Source: a virus. From it: 38,151 nucleotides of DNA. Positions within the stretch are counted from its first letter, which is position 1. Every line of letters begins with the position of its first letter. The DNA is taken from the IMG/VR virus record IMGVR_UViG_3300032007_000207; one strand, written 5' to 3'. The notes beneath the pieces were generated by a model. It saw nothing but the letters and a program-made list of their open reading frames with translations. It did no database searches and had not been told where the DNA came from. The position numbers were made by a program, and so were the translations under genes. Positions 10,006 to 18,760 of this stretch are shown piece by piece.

Positions 10006-10200
10006 TCGGCTCCCTCCCTTGAACATGCTCCGGAGGAACAGGGGGCAGTCCATCCCCTCGGACGGATCCACCTTGCATCTCCTCTTGGCGCAGTAGTCCC
10101 TGACGGGATGCTCCCCGAAGAACCTGTCCTGGGCCATGTGGACGACTTGGAAGCTCCTGCACTGCTTGCAGGTCTGCCCTGCGTTCTTCGTGTCTATCAT
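10006..10200 (-). CDS. Small Cys-rich (Zn-binding) protein (64 aa, CGA-terminated)
   Basis: CKQC..C..C..C; ends AGC CGA ATG in front of the terS start, after a GGAGG RBS. Confidence 0.55.
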
Positions 10201-10346
10201 TCGGATTCCTCCCAATCGAGGTCCGTGATGTCGCTCGCATCGACCCCCAGGATAGGGGCGACCGCGTCGGCGATTTCGTACATGTCGAAGTCCGAGGGAT
10301 ACGAATCCGCATCTCTGACCGTGAACATGATGATGTAATCAGTCAT
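10197..10346 (-). CDS. Small acidic hypothetical protein (49 aa)
   Basis: Read by hand (MTDYIIMFTVRDADSY...); RBS and ATGA-type coupling. Confidence 0.5.
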   Translation of the reverse strand: MTDYIIMFTVRDADSYPSDFDMYEIADAVAPILGVDASDITDLDWEESE

Positions 10347-10515
10347 CCTCTCCCTCCTTCAGCAACCTCTCGCACGTCGCGTATAAGATCATCAAGTCCT
10401 TCTCGTCCATCCAGTAGTTGACGATGCCAGGGACTGCCAGCACATAAGGGGCGAGGCCCATGTCCAGGGCCTTCTGGCTGGAACGGGTCACATGGGGATG
10501 GTCCTCGATGCTCAT
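10339..10515 (-). CDS. Hypothetical protein (58 aa)
   Basis: Read by hand (MSIEDHPHV...KEGEDD); coupled overlaps on both sides. Confidence 0.5.
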   Translation of the reverse strand: MSIEDHPHVTRSSQKALDMGLAPYVLAVPGIVNYWMDEKDLMILYATCERLLKEGEDD

Positions 10516-10907
10516 TCGCTCACCCCTCCTCTATGGCGCATCATTCTGCGGAGGACCCTAATGCCCACGGTGCCGCGGCACCAGTCGCATATCACCCTGT
10601 AATCGTAGTCGCCCTCCATCGGGATTGTCTGGTCGTCGATGATCGCCAGGAACCCGACCCGTCCGCAATTGGGACAGCGCGCATGGAACGGGTCATAGTC
10701 GCCTCCACGACGATTCCAGACCCCCAGGGCCTCCTCCCTGCTGACCTCCGTGACCACTGCACAGCATCTGATTGTCCAGGCGAGGCCGTCCTGGTATTCG
10801 CGGGGGTGGCCGTTGCAGTGGGGGCATGACAGCGGGCGGTCCAAAGACAAATTTAAACGTTCTGTCTTTTCCTGTCTTTTCTCCGGTTCGGGAATTGGTC
10901 CAGTCAT
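10512..10907 (-). CDS. Lar-like Zn-ribbon protein with a second Zn ribbon (131 aa)
   Basis: LSCPHCNG...C...EEALGVWNRR resembles the Lar restriction-alleviation pattern; then CPNC...CDWC. Confidence 0.5.
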   Translation of the reverse strand: MTGPIPEPEKRQEKTERLNLSLDRPLSCPHCNGHPREYQDGLAWTIRCCAVVTEVSREEALGVWNRRGGDYDPFHARCPNCGRVGFLAIIDDQTIPMEGDYDYRVICDWCRGTVGIRVLRRMMRHRGGVSE

Positions 10908-11108
10908 TCGCTCCGCCCCCATCAATTCCGTTAAACCGCTCAAGTCCTCTTTTGTGAAGTTCGTTCTCCTTATCCCTGCGTACACGCACGGGATGTTGCG
11001 AATCTTCCCCTCGAACCGTAGGATGTCAACCGCTACCAGCCAATCCTCGCGCCTGTGACATACCCTGTAACCGCATGCATCGCAACTATACCAGTCATAC
11101 TCAGTCAT
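10908..11108 (-). CDS. Small Cys-containing protein (66 aa, CGA-terminated)
   Basis: CDAC motif; ends GAG CGA ATG. Confidence 0.5.
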
Positions 11109-11275
11109 TCGACCGCCTCCCTGTACAGCATCCGCATCGTGGAACCGCAGGACGTGCAGACATACTCGTATTGCCAGGGGCGGGTCCTGTCCTTCGGGGC
11201 AGTCTGCGCGTATGACGTGAACTCGCGTCCTCCGCACCAACTGCAGAAGAAAAAGCCCTCATTACACTCGGTCAT
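11105..11275 (-). CDS. Zn-ribbon protein (56 aa)
   Basis: CSWC...CTSC; GGAGG RBS 7 nt upstream. Confidence 0.6.
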   Translation of the reverse strand: MTECNEGFFFCSWCGGREFTSYAQTAPKDRTRPWQYEYVCTSCGSTMRMLYREAVE

Positions 11276-11680
11276 TCGCTCGTCCTCCCAAAGTCCAAGT
11301 TGGCATGGGTTTATGCGCTCGATGAACTCGGCGAGGTCCTCGTCTATCTCGACTTCGGGGTGCGCCATGATCGTGTCGTACAGGTCGCGCCCGTAGTCCG
11401 TGAGGGCGAGCTTGCCGCCGATGTACTGCGGGCCGCCTACATACCCGATGGTCCCGTCATTCGTCAATGATAATATCGCCTGGTCGAGGTCATCGCTATA
11501 CTCCTTGCCCGGGATCAGGTACTCCCCATGCTCCATATCGTTCGGGAACTCGCGGATGATGTCCTGCATCATCTTGGTCTTGTACTTCGGGCCGTTCTCC
11601 GCCAGATGGCGCATGACCATGAACTCGTGCTTGGTCACGTCCTCCATGCACTCGATGAGGTCATCCTCGGTGTAGGTCAT
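11276..11680 (-). CDS. Winged-helix-like hypothetical protein (134 aa, CGA-terminated)
   Basis: Helical core then LTDYGR wing-like motif; ends GAG CGA ATG. Confidence 0.5.
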
Positions 11681-11862
11681 CCCTCCACCTCCTTCTGCCC
11701 CCTGTTGACCTCGTCCCTCGTGAGCTCGCGGTCGCACCTGGCGCACCTGAACTTCAGGTTGCCGTCAACCTCCATCTTGTCCGTCCTCCCGCATCCGGGG
11801 CACCTGGGCGCCAGGACGCTGAAGTAGTCATTGACCTTGATTGCTCTCCTCTCGCTCCTCAT
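11677..11862 (-). CDS. Zn-ribbon protein (61 aa)
   Basis: CPGC...CARC; ATGA overlaps. Confidence 0.55.
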   Translation of the reverse strand: MRSERRAIKVNDYFSVLAPRCPGCGRTDKMEVDGNLKFRCARCDRELTRDEVNRGQKEVEG

Positions 11863-12104
11863 TCCTCTTCCTCCTCGTATATCGTTGTAAATCCATCATC
11901 CAACAGTACCGTTGCTCTGCCCTCGAACCCCGACTCGGTCTCGATGATCGCTGGATAATATTGATTCGTCCGTCCAAATAGCGCGGTGGGGGTGTCGCGG
12001 TAGACCAGCAAGCAGTCGGTATCCTGTACCTTGAACCTCATACTCACGCGGAATCTCGCACCCTTGACGGCTGATGGATATGTTTTGCCGATGTCGAAGG
12101 TCAT
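11859..12104 (-). CDS. Hypothetical protein (81 aa)
   Basis: ORF with RBS and ATGA coupling; lower GC. Confidence 0.55.
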   Translation of the reverse strand: MTFDIGKTYPSAVKGARFRVSMRFKVQDTDCLLVYRDTPTALFGRTNQYYPAIIETESGFEGRATVLLDDGFTTIYEEEEE

Positions 12105-12144
12105 TCCTTCCTCTCCAGCATATCCCCGATGTCCCCCTCCGTTG

Positions 12145-12330
12145 TCATGCGAAGGCCTCCAATGTCATCTGGCCCCTGTTCCTGGGGGAGTACCTGGAGC
12201 ACTCCCTCACGGTCCCCTCGATGGGGGCCTAAAGGCCGCATGTGTACGTCCCGTCCCACGCCACGGTAGAGAATCCGGTGAAGACGATGTGCTTCATCCT
12301 CCTGGTGCAGGTGTCGCAGAGGGAGCTCAT
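12145..12330 (-). CDS. Cys-rich protein with internal in-frame TAG (61 codons; possible pyrrolysine)
   Basis: MSSLCDTC...TCGL(TAG)APIEGTVRECSRY...QMTLEAFA; TAG at 12229-12231; ATGA overlaps at both ends. Confidence 0.55.
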
Positions 12331-12419
12331 CTCCTCCCCTCCCTCGCGCCGTGCCCGGCGGATGCCACGGCCATGCCCCCGAGGACGGAGACCAGCATGA
12401 TCACTGCCATCTCCGTCAT
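12327..12419 (-). CDS. Short hydrophobic peptide (30 aa)
   Basis: MTEMAVIMLVSVLGGMAVAS...; ATGA overlaps at both ends. Confidence 0.4.
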   Translation of the reverse strand: MTEMAVIMLVSVLGGMAVASAGHGAREGRR

Positions 12420-12781
12420 CGCTTCAGCCTCTGCTGTCTCCATCTGCCGTCCGTCGGCTTCCTGCGGATCCCGGTCCTCCCGGGATCGTCGGACATGCCC
12501 TCCAGGGCATTGGCGATGCGCCCGAGCTCGAAGAGGAGCCTCTTCATGTAGGCGTCCCTCGGGGGCATCTCTGCGATGTAGAGATTCTTCCTCGTGCCGT
12601 GGTCGGTCTGCTCGTACTCCGCGCGTATGATCCCGTCCTCGATCATCTCGGTGATGTACTTGTTCAGGGTCGGGACGGACACGATGTTCATGTCCGCCAG
12701 GTCCTTCTGGCAGATCTCCCTCCCCTCGTCGTTCCACTGCGCGATGACCAGGAGGATCCTGTCCTTGTCGCTGGCGGCCAT
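12416..12781 (-). CDS. MarR-like winged HTH protein (121 aa)
   Basis: ICQKDLADMNIVSVPTLNKYITEMIEDGII; ends CGA TGA. Confidence 0.65.
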   Translation of the reverse strand: MAASDKDRILLVIAQWNDEGREICQKDLADMNIVSVPTLNKYITEMIEDGIIRAEYEQTDHGTRKNLYIAEMPPRDAYMKRLLFELGRIANALEGMSDDPGRTGIRRKPTDGRWRQQRLKR

Positions 12782-12782
12782 G

Positions 12783-13544
12783 TCGCACCTCCACCCTGGG
12801 GGCTATGACGATCCTGAACGAGGCCCCTCCCTGCTCCCACGAGAGCTCCGCGGGCCCCCTCTCCTGCATCCTGAGGCTGACCGAATCCTCGTCCTTCAGG
12901 TGCATCTTGGTGACGATGTCCCCGAGGATCTGGAGCCCGAACCAGCTCGTGACGGGCTCCGGCGTGGTGGTCTTGGCTGGGGAGTAGACCGAGTAGGTGT
13001 TCCTCCCGGAGGCGTCCGCCGCCTTGAGCTCCAGCGTCTCGCCGTGGAACGTGATGGCCACGGCCTCCTCTATCTTCTCCGCCGGGAGTATGCGCCTGAG
13101 GACGCGCATCGGGACGTACTCCGCCCTGTCCCCGCGGAAGGACAGGAGCTCGCCCTCGACCCTCAGGTCGGGCGGGCTGGTCCTGGGGAGCTCGCGCCTG
13201 GCGTGCTCGTTCTCCAGCACGATGGACGTGCTGGTGAACGCCATGACCACCTCCTCGTCCCCGAACGTCCTGACCGACTCTATGAGGGGGTCCAGGTCCG
13301 TGACGACCGTGTCCCTGGCCAGGTCGTCCTCCTCCACGCACTCGCAGGCGGAGGCATCCACCTTGACCTCGATCCCCTGGGTGTGGGGCTGGTCGTACAT
13401 GACCGCCTCGATCATCCCCCCGGCGGAGGTCCTGAACACGAGGGTGGACCCCTTCCCGAGGACCCCACGAACGGGGTCCAGCACCGCCAGGATGCTCCTG
13501 GCGCTCTTGACTTTCAGTGTGCTTATCTCGTAATCTTCGCTCAT
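12783..13544 (-). CDS. pcn: Divergent PCNA-like sliding clamp (253 aa if CGA 12783-12785 terminates)
   Basis: MYDQPHTQGIEVKV matches the PCNA A.D.SHV region; C-terminal ..P..L.....G..F.IVIAPRVE; 253 aa is a typical PCNA length. Confidence 0.8.
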
Positions 13545-13569
13545 CTTTCCCATCTCTCTGGTCTGTAAA

Positions 13570-13872
13570 TCGTTTACGGACGACCCTGGCATCGGCCAGG
13601 AAGTCGTCGGCATCGTGCGCCTCGTCCGGGGCCAGCAGGAACCCGGCCAGCCAGAGCTTTGCGGCCGCCTCCGTCCTGAAGGACTCGGTGAACGCATCCC
13701 CGGTCTCGTTGTCCACGGCGATGTACCTGCGGTCCCCCTCCTCCTCGATGCACAGGAAGCTCCCGAGGGGCCTCCTCTCGTCGATGATCCTCTCCATGTC
13801 GGGGCCGTCCACCAGGAAGATCTCGGTCTCCCTCCAGACCAGGCGCCCCCTCGTCCTCGGGTCCCTCGGCAT
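13570..13872 (-). CDS. Hypothetical protein (100 aa, CGA-terminated)
   Basis: RYIAVDNETGDAFTESF motif; otherwise it would overlap about 860 nt of PCNA. Confidence 0.5.
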
Positions 13873-14204
13873 TGCCTCACCAGCCCGTCGAGGTCCACGC
13901 CCTGCTCCTCGGCGTGCGCCAGCATCTCGTCCTTGGAGCGTCCGTGGAGCACCCTGTAGGCCAGGCCGAGGACGCAGTATCCCTCCTTCAGCCCGTCCGG
14001 GAAGTCCTGCGCCCTGACGATGCAGGTGACGGCTCCCGAGGTCCAGTTCCCGGTGTACTCCCCGCTGGCGCGGTCGTACTCCATCAGGACGACCCTGTCG
14101 CCTATCTCGAAGCCGCGGTCGTCCGCGCGGATCTCGAACCTCTTGGTCTCCATGGCGGCCTTCTCGAACCACTTCGGGTCGGTCTTGAGGAAGTGGTAGG
14201 TCAC
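13866..14204 (-). CDS. ASCH/PUA-like DUF3850-type protein (112 aa, GTG start, CGA-terminated)
   Basis: H.LKT.P.WF......KRFEIR.DDRGFEIGD.VVL.EY....YTG...YCVLG. Confidence 0.8.
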
Positions 14205-14458
14205 TGGACCGCCCCCTTGATGGCATCGCCGATCATGTGCAGGGCATCGGCCACCTTCTCCGCGCCAGTCACGTCGCAATATGGGCAGTCCATGCCCATG
14301 CACTCGCACTCGAGGAGCCTGTGGGGATAGTGGCACCAGAACGCTGCCTGCGCCCCCTATACATCGTCGGCGGGCCAGACGTTCTCGGTCATGTCCTCGG
14401 TCTTGGCGTGCTTGCACAGCCACGGGAACCCGAGGTACATATCGAGGTCCGTCTGCAT
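14201..14458 (-). CDS. Cys-rich protein with internal in-frame TAG (85 codons; possible pyrrolysine)
   Basis: TAG at 14357-14359; the frame continues GAQAAFWCHYPH..CECMGMDCPYC.. to a TGA overlapping the next GTG. Confidence 0.55.
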
Positions 14459-14730
14459 CGGCACTCCCCCATAACGGGCAGGATGCTGGTCTCGCCGTGG
14501 ATGCAGACGTAGGCCAGGGCCTTGTCGATGCCCTGGGCGGTCTCCCAGGTGAAGATGCTCACGGCTGGATGGCGGTCGCTGACGTGCAGGTCGATGCAGA
14601 CGGTCTTGAGGTCGATGCGCTTGATGCGGCGGAACCCTGCGGCGGCCATTCTGTCCTTGAGGCCCGCCTTGGATGCCGGGAACTGTTGCGTTTTCTGTAC
14701 AGGTTGGAGGTAATCGTCCAGGGTGCGCAT
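14458..14730 (-). CDS. Hypothetical protein (90 aa, CGA-terminated)
   Basis: GGAGG RBS; ends TGC CGA overlapping the next ATG (CGATG). Confidence 0.5.
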
Positions 14731-14732
14731 GG

Positions 14733-14981
14733 TCGGTCCTCCGAGGGTCCGAGCCTCTCGATGGTCGGCTCGTCGATGGGGTCCTCGGTGCGGAGCAGGA
14801 TCGTGATGCCATCCCCGATGATGGATAGCGACCCGTCCGGCTGGAGGATCAGCTCCGCGCCCTTGATCTCCTTGGCGATGTAGACCCTGCCGTCCCTCCC
14901 GTCCACGTCCAGCCCGTTGACCCCTGCCAGCATCTTGTTGTGGAACGCATCCGCCAGGATCCTGCACTGCTTGGATTTCAT
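14733..14981 (-). CDS. Hypothetical protein (82 aa, CGA-terminated)
   Basis: ATGA-coupled start; ends GAC CGA cc ATG. Confidence 0.5.
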
Positions 14982-15220
14982 TGCCTCGCCCTCCTCGTGA
15001 ACGTCCCGTTGCCGTTATCCTTCAGGGACCCGCGCTCGGCCAGCTCGCGGAGGAGCCTCGCGGCCCTGTCGTCCATGGTCCTGGCGTGGGTCGGGTTGAC
15101 CGCGTCGTAGCCCCACACGCGGATCCTGACCGTCTTGGGGGTCACGGTCTCGCCCGGCCTGATGCGGTGGAGCACCGCCCTCCTCCGGGACTGCTCCGAG
15201 CACATGGTGTCCGGGCCCAT
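14978..15220 (-). CDS. Hypothetical basic protein (80 aa)
   Basis: GGAGG RBS 8 nt upstream of ATG 15220; ATGA overlap at the end. Confidence 0.5.
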   Translation of the reverse strand: MGPDTMCSEQSRRRAVLHRIRPGETVTPKTVRIRVWGYDAVNPTHARTMDDRAARLLRELAERGSLKDNGNGTFTRRARQ

Positions 15221-15339
15221 CGGTACGGCCTCCATGCGCTCTCGGGCTCCCCGTACGGGCACTGGATGGGGCCCTCGCCGGTCTCGGTGAATGTCTCGCA
15301 CGCCCTGTCCGGGCATTTGTTGCACGTGTACGCTCTCAT
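15220..15339 (-). CDS. Small Cys-rich protein (39 aa, CGA-terminated)
   Basis: CNKCPDRAC..CPY; ends TAC CGA overlapping the next ATG. Confidence 0.45.
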
Positions 15340-15527
15340 TGCTTGGTCTTCCTCCTATTCTTGGGGTAAGGGGTTTCCGCCTCGGCGAGGCGCACGTAGG
15401 ATTCGGCCGCGGCCTCGGCTGTCGGGGCGCGGACGGTCAGCATGTTGCAGTCGCAGGAGCAGGAGTACTCCGGGTATCCGAACAGGGGGGCGGGGCGGAT
15501 CTCCGCGCCGCACAGGGGGCAGTTCAT
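15336..15527 (-). CDS. Zn-ribbon protein (63 aa)
   Basis: CPLCG..YSCSCDC; ATGA overlaps. Confidence 0.55.
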   Translation of the reverse strand: MNCPLCGAEIRPAPLFGYPEYSCSCDCNMLTVRAPTAEAAAESYVRLAEAETPYPKNRRKTKQ

Positions 15528-15670
15528 CCCCTCACCTCCCTGATGGTCACTTCGCGGTGCCCCGCCCTGTCTGCCCTCAGGACGAGCTTCAGAGCCTCCT
15601 CCATGTCCTCGGTCTCCGCCAGGACCAGGGGCTCGCCGATGGAACTCGTGCAGACGATCAGGAAGGTCAC
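15524..15670 (-). CDS. Hypothetical protein (48 aa, GTG start)
   Basis: GTGA/ATGA coupled overlaps. Confidence 0.45.
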   Translation of the reverse strand: MTFLIVCTSSIGEPLVLAETEDMEEALKLVLRADRAGHREVTIREVRG

Positions 15671-15792
15671 CCGACCACCGCCGTGAAGAAGACGCAGTCC
15701 ATGGTGGCCCCGCAGTAGGGGCACTCGCGGTGCCTGATGTTGTCGCGGAGGGTCACGCGGCGGTTGCATTGGGGGCAGTCTGCGGAGATCAT
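15667..15792 (-). CDS. Zn-ribbon protein (41 aa)
   Basis: CPQC...CPYC. Confidence 0.55.
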   Translation of the reverse strand: MISADCPQCNRRVTLRDNIRHRECPYCGATMDCVFFTAVVG

Positions 15793-16055
15793 GCCTCCCC
15801 CCTCCCGGGAGCGTACCAGTGGACCCTCCTCCGGGTGAAGGGGTCGATTTTGTCGGCCGCCTTGTGGATGCGTCCTTCCTTCTCGAGCTCCCGGAGCCTC
15901 CCGCACACGGACGTCCTGGGTAGCCCCGTGAACCTCGCTATGTCGGAGCTGGACGGGTGCAGGGCGAGGCAGACGGTGCGGTAGACCGCCTCCCTCTGGA
16001 GCTCGCGCTGGGGCGCGGTCTCGATGTACGCCTCGACGGACGTGGCCTCGATCAT
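15789..16055 (-). CDS. Winged HTH DNA-binding protein (88 aa)
   Basis: SSSDIARFTGLPRTSVCGRLRELEKEGRI. Confidence 0.75.
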   Translation of the reverse strand: MIEATSVEAYIETAPQRELQREAVYRTVCLALHPSSSDIARFTGLPRTSVCGRLRELEKEGRIHKAADKIDPFTRRRVHWYAPGRGEA

Positions 16056-17002
16056 TCGCACTCCTCCGGGTCGCATCTCCTGGTGCTGGACTTCCTGCCG
16101 GGCATATCCAGGTGCTTGCTCTGGACGGGTTCCCTGTTGTAGAGGAACCTGTCACAGCACACGCACCCGTCCTTCTTCCTCTTGCACCCCTTGGTGTGCG
16201 CGCAGTAGGTCTTCCAGTACGCCGGGAGGATGTCCCACTTCTCCGGCTCGGGCTTGGGAACGTCCTGGGGGAGCTTCAGCACGATGCCGAGCCTGTCGGC
16301 CAGGGCGCACATGTCCTCGAACTGGGGGTTGCGGACCATCATCCCTGTCTCCCAGTCGCGGGAGAACGGCTTGTAGCAGTGCACGGCGAAGGCGTGCGAA
16401 TGGCAGAAGAACCAGCGGAGCTCGTCCATCGGCACCCCCGCCTTCAGGGCCTCGACGACCAGGGCCTCGGTGTAGGTCGACGGGTCGTTCTCGCTCTTGC
16501 GGTAGGGGTCTATCTCGGAATCGTCCTGGAGGTCCATCGAGAACCGTCCGCCGTCCACGGTGTCGATGCAGAGGAGGTCCCCGTCTATCCATGCGGAGGA
16601 GATCTGCCTGTAATCGCGGTCGTACCCGTGGGTCTCCTTGTTGTACTCGGAGAGGTTCAGGACGTCCACCACCTCCCCGTCCCCGATGAGCTTGAAGACG
16701 TGGCTGGCGTATTGGAGCCACGAGTCGATGGGGCGGTCCTGGTCCCTCTCCTCGCCGGAGCGGTAGTAGAGATCCTCCATCGTCCTCCCGTGGTAGTCGT
16801 TGGCGAATACCCTCGTGTCGCTGAGGCCCCTCCCGTCGAAGGGCTTCCCGAGGGAGTTGACGATGGACAGGGCGTCCGTGCGGAACACGCGGTAGTAGCC
16901 GCCGTCCTCGTAGCGGTCGGTTATCCTGACCCTCGCAGGTTCGGCGCGGGGCCTCACGATGGGCTTGAAGTCGAACAGGCTTGTCTGGACGGTGGCGCTC
17001 AT
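16052..17002 (-). CDS. Hypothetical protein with C-terminal Cys/His cluster (316 aa)
   Basis: Largest unassigned early ORF; YCAH..C......CVCC. Confidence 0.7.
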   Translation of the reverse strand: MSATVQTSLFDFKPIVRPRAEPARVRITDRYEDGGYYRVFRTDALSIVNSLGKPFDGRGLSDTRVFANDYHGRTMEDLYYRSGEERDQDRPIDSWLQYASHVFKLIGDGEVVDVLNLSEYNKETHGYDRDYRQISSAWIDGDLLCIDTVDGGRFSMDLQDDSEIDPYRKSENDPSTYTEALVVEALKAGVPMDELRWFFCHSHAFAVHCYKPFSRDWETGMMVRNPQFEDMCALADRLGIVLKLPQDVPKPEPEKWDILPAYWKTYCAHTKGCKRKKDGCVCCDRFLYNREPVQSKHLDMPGRKSSTRRCDPEECE

Positions 17003-17244
17003 TCCCCCGACCTCCTGAACTCCTCCGCGTCCGCCGGGGAGGCGAACCCCGCGGATCCGGAGAGGGAGAGCTCGGTGCAGTCCCCGGCGTCGAACTCCTC
17101 GAACCACTGGACCGCGACCTGCCCCACATCGGGGTTCTGGTCGAGGTAGTAGGCGGCGTAGTGCCCCGCGGCCTCCTTCGTGTCGGCGCGGGCCACGGGA
17201 ACGTAGAGGCCCTCGGAGACCCTGGCGAGGACGATGTAGAGCAT
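16999..17244 (-). CDS. Hypothetical protein (81 aa)
   Basis: ORF track; ATGA overlap at the end. Confidence 0.55.
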   Translation of the reverse strand: MLYIVLARVSEGLYVPVARADTKEAAGHYAAYYLDQNPDVGQVAVQWFEEFDAGDCTELSLSGSAGFASPADAEEFRRSGE

Positions 17245-17471
17245 CGGCTCATCCCCTTGATGGGCTTCTTGACGCGCCAGATGCCCCTGCCGTGCCCGTC
17301 GCGCGGGATGCCGCCGTGGGCGCGCTCTATGTAGCCCCTGTGGTGGAGCGTGGTGATGGTGCCGACGCCGAAGTTGCCCTCGGGATCTCTCTCTCTCGCA
17401 TCCGCGAGGGTGAAGGTATCCAGGCCCTCCACGGCCTTCATCAGGGCGATGCAGTCTGTGGGGAAGCTCAT
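17244..17471 (-). CDS. Small winged-helix-like protein (75 aa, CGA-terminated)
   Basis: TITTLHHRGYIER...GIWRV; ends AGC CGA overlapping the next ATG; the canonical stop is about 1.1 kb downstream. Confidence 0.55.
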
Positions 17472-17866
17472 CGGCTCATCCCCTTGGCGCGGAGCTCGTC
17501 CAGCAGAGCGTTCCATCCTTTGGGGAGCTCGTACTCCTTCGTCCACTCGGGCCAGGGCTGTCCGGCGTAGGCCACGGAGGCCTTGGCGGAGCCGATGTGC
17601 CCGGTGAGGATCCTCTCGACCTGCTCGATCGTGCGCGCATCGCGGCCATGCATGATGCCTGCGTGCTCCCTGTCCTGGACGTAGACGGTCGCCCAGGGGC
17701 CGCTGGCCTCCTCGGGGGTCGGTTCAGGCGCGGGCTCCGCTTCCGGCTCCTCCTTGAAGGATCCCCCGGTGACGGTGTAGCCGCACCTGCACCTCCCGTA
17801 GTAGCCCCCGTTGTCTACGGTCACGGGGAACTCCGTCCTGCAGAGGGGGCACTCGGCCAATGACAT
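17468..17866 (-). CDS. Zn-ribbon-containing protein (132 aa)
   Basis: CPLC..CRCG; ends CGA TGA. Confidence 0.6.
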   Translation of the reverse strand: MSLAECPLCRTEFPVTVDNGGYYGRCRCGYTVTGGSFKEEPEAEPAPEPTPEEASGPWATVYVQDREHAGIMHGRDARTIEQVERILTGHIGSAKASVAYAGQPWPEWTKEYELPKGWNALLDELRAKGMSR

Positions 17867-18017
17867 GGGCGCCGCCTCCCCGGATAGTCGCCGAGATCCC
17901 CCTGGCCACCAGGGTGTTGTGGGGCTCGCAGAGGTACTCGGTCCTGCGGTGCCCCGCCTCGGGGTCGAAGTACTCGACGAACTTGTCGGCCTCCCTGCCG
18001 CACTTGGCGCACTTCAT
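17853..18017 (-). CDS. Zn-finger protein (54 aa, CGA-terminated)
   Basis: CAKC...YLCEPH; first CGA lies 14 nt into the next gene. Confidence 0.5.
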
Positions 18018-18238
18018 GCCATCGCCTCCCTCTTGAGGCGAGCCCTGGTGCCCTGCGTCCACGTCCTCCCGTTGGATCCCGGGTCGATCATGATGGACTT
18101 CTCCTTGACCAGGAGCATGATCATCTCCTTGGCGTAGGGCTGGTCTTTGAATCTCTGCTCGATCTCCGCCATGGTCCTGGGCGTGTCGACGTAGGCGATG
18201 ATGGCCAGGCGGAGGTCGTGGAGGCCCATCTCGCTCAT
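18014..18238 (-). CDS. Small wHTH-like protein (74 aa)
   Basis: PRTMAEIEQRF..IMLLVKEKSI; ATGA overlaps. Confidence 0.5.
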   Translation of the reverse strand: MSEMGLHDLRLAIIAYVDTPRTMAEIEQRFKDQPYAKEMIMLLVKEKSIMIDPGSNGRTWTQGTRARLKREAMA

Positions 18239-18438
18239 CTCTGCACCCCCGCGCCGCAGAAGGGGCAGTACTGGAACGATACGCCCTTCTTGGGCTTGTC
18301 CTGCGTCCTCAGCATCATGTATCTGCCTTTGGATGAGACATAGACGATCCCGGAGAACACGAGGGAGTCCATCTGGCGGCAGCAGGGGGAGATCCCCTGC
18401 TCATTGACCGCGAGCTTCCCATCGTAGGTCACGGTCAT
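18235..18438 (-). CDS. Cys-motif protein (67 aa)
   Basis: PCC...YCPFCG. Confidence 0.6.
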   Translation of the reverse strand: MTVTYDGKLAVNEQGISPCCRQMDSLVFSGIVYVSSKGRYMMLRTQDKPKKGVSFQYCPFCGAGVQR

Positions 18439-18668
18439 GCGACCGCCCCCAGGGCCTCGTAGTCCTTGGGGTCCTCCGGGCCGAGGATGATGTCCACCAT
18501 CGCGGCCAGATGGGAGCCGTCCGTCCCCTGGGCCTTGAGACGGAAGCGCCCGTTGGCGTTATTGACGGCGAGGGCCCTGGCATCCATGGCGAGGGTCTGG
18601 ACCCCATCGATGAGGATCGTCACCCCCCACGAGGCCGCGTTGCGCGAGATACGGACGAGGGTTGTCAT
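18435..18668 (-). CDS. Hypothetical protein (77 aa)
   Basis: RBS and ATGA coupling. Confidence 0.5.
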   Translation of the reverse strand: MTTLVRISRNAASWGVTILIDGVQTLAMDARALAVNNANGRFRLKAQGTDGSHLAAMVDIILGPEDPKDYEALGAVA

Positions 18669-18760
18669 TCGTCCTCCTCCCAATAGATGCTGGTCGGTCC
18701 CCAGCATTGCATATCGCATTGTCCTCTGTGAGGGCATCCGGCGCACTCTTCCGGGGTCAT
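18665..18760 (-). CDS. Cys-rich peptide (31 aa)
   Basis: CAGCPHRGQC..C; GGAGG RBS 7 nt upstream. Confidence 0.45.
   Translation of the reverse strand: MTPEECAGCPHRGQCDMQCWGPTSIYWEEDE

Noticed and set aside
8899-10215. 438-aa ORF as a single TerS
   Set aside because: It contains a separate Zn-finger gene and about 185 aa of low-complexity shadow frame over terL.
10680-10710. GGAGG plus an out-of-frame ATG inside the Lar-like ORF, suggesting a frameshifted second gene
   Set aside because: The alternative frame is short and lacks motifs, while the continuous frame keeps the CPNC/CDWC zinc ribbon; not enough support.
12327-14423. 698-aa ORF as a single protein
   Set aside because: It is a chain of DUF3850, shadow sequence, PCNA and shadow sequence, with internal RBS/starts and CGA at the junctions.
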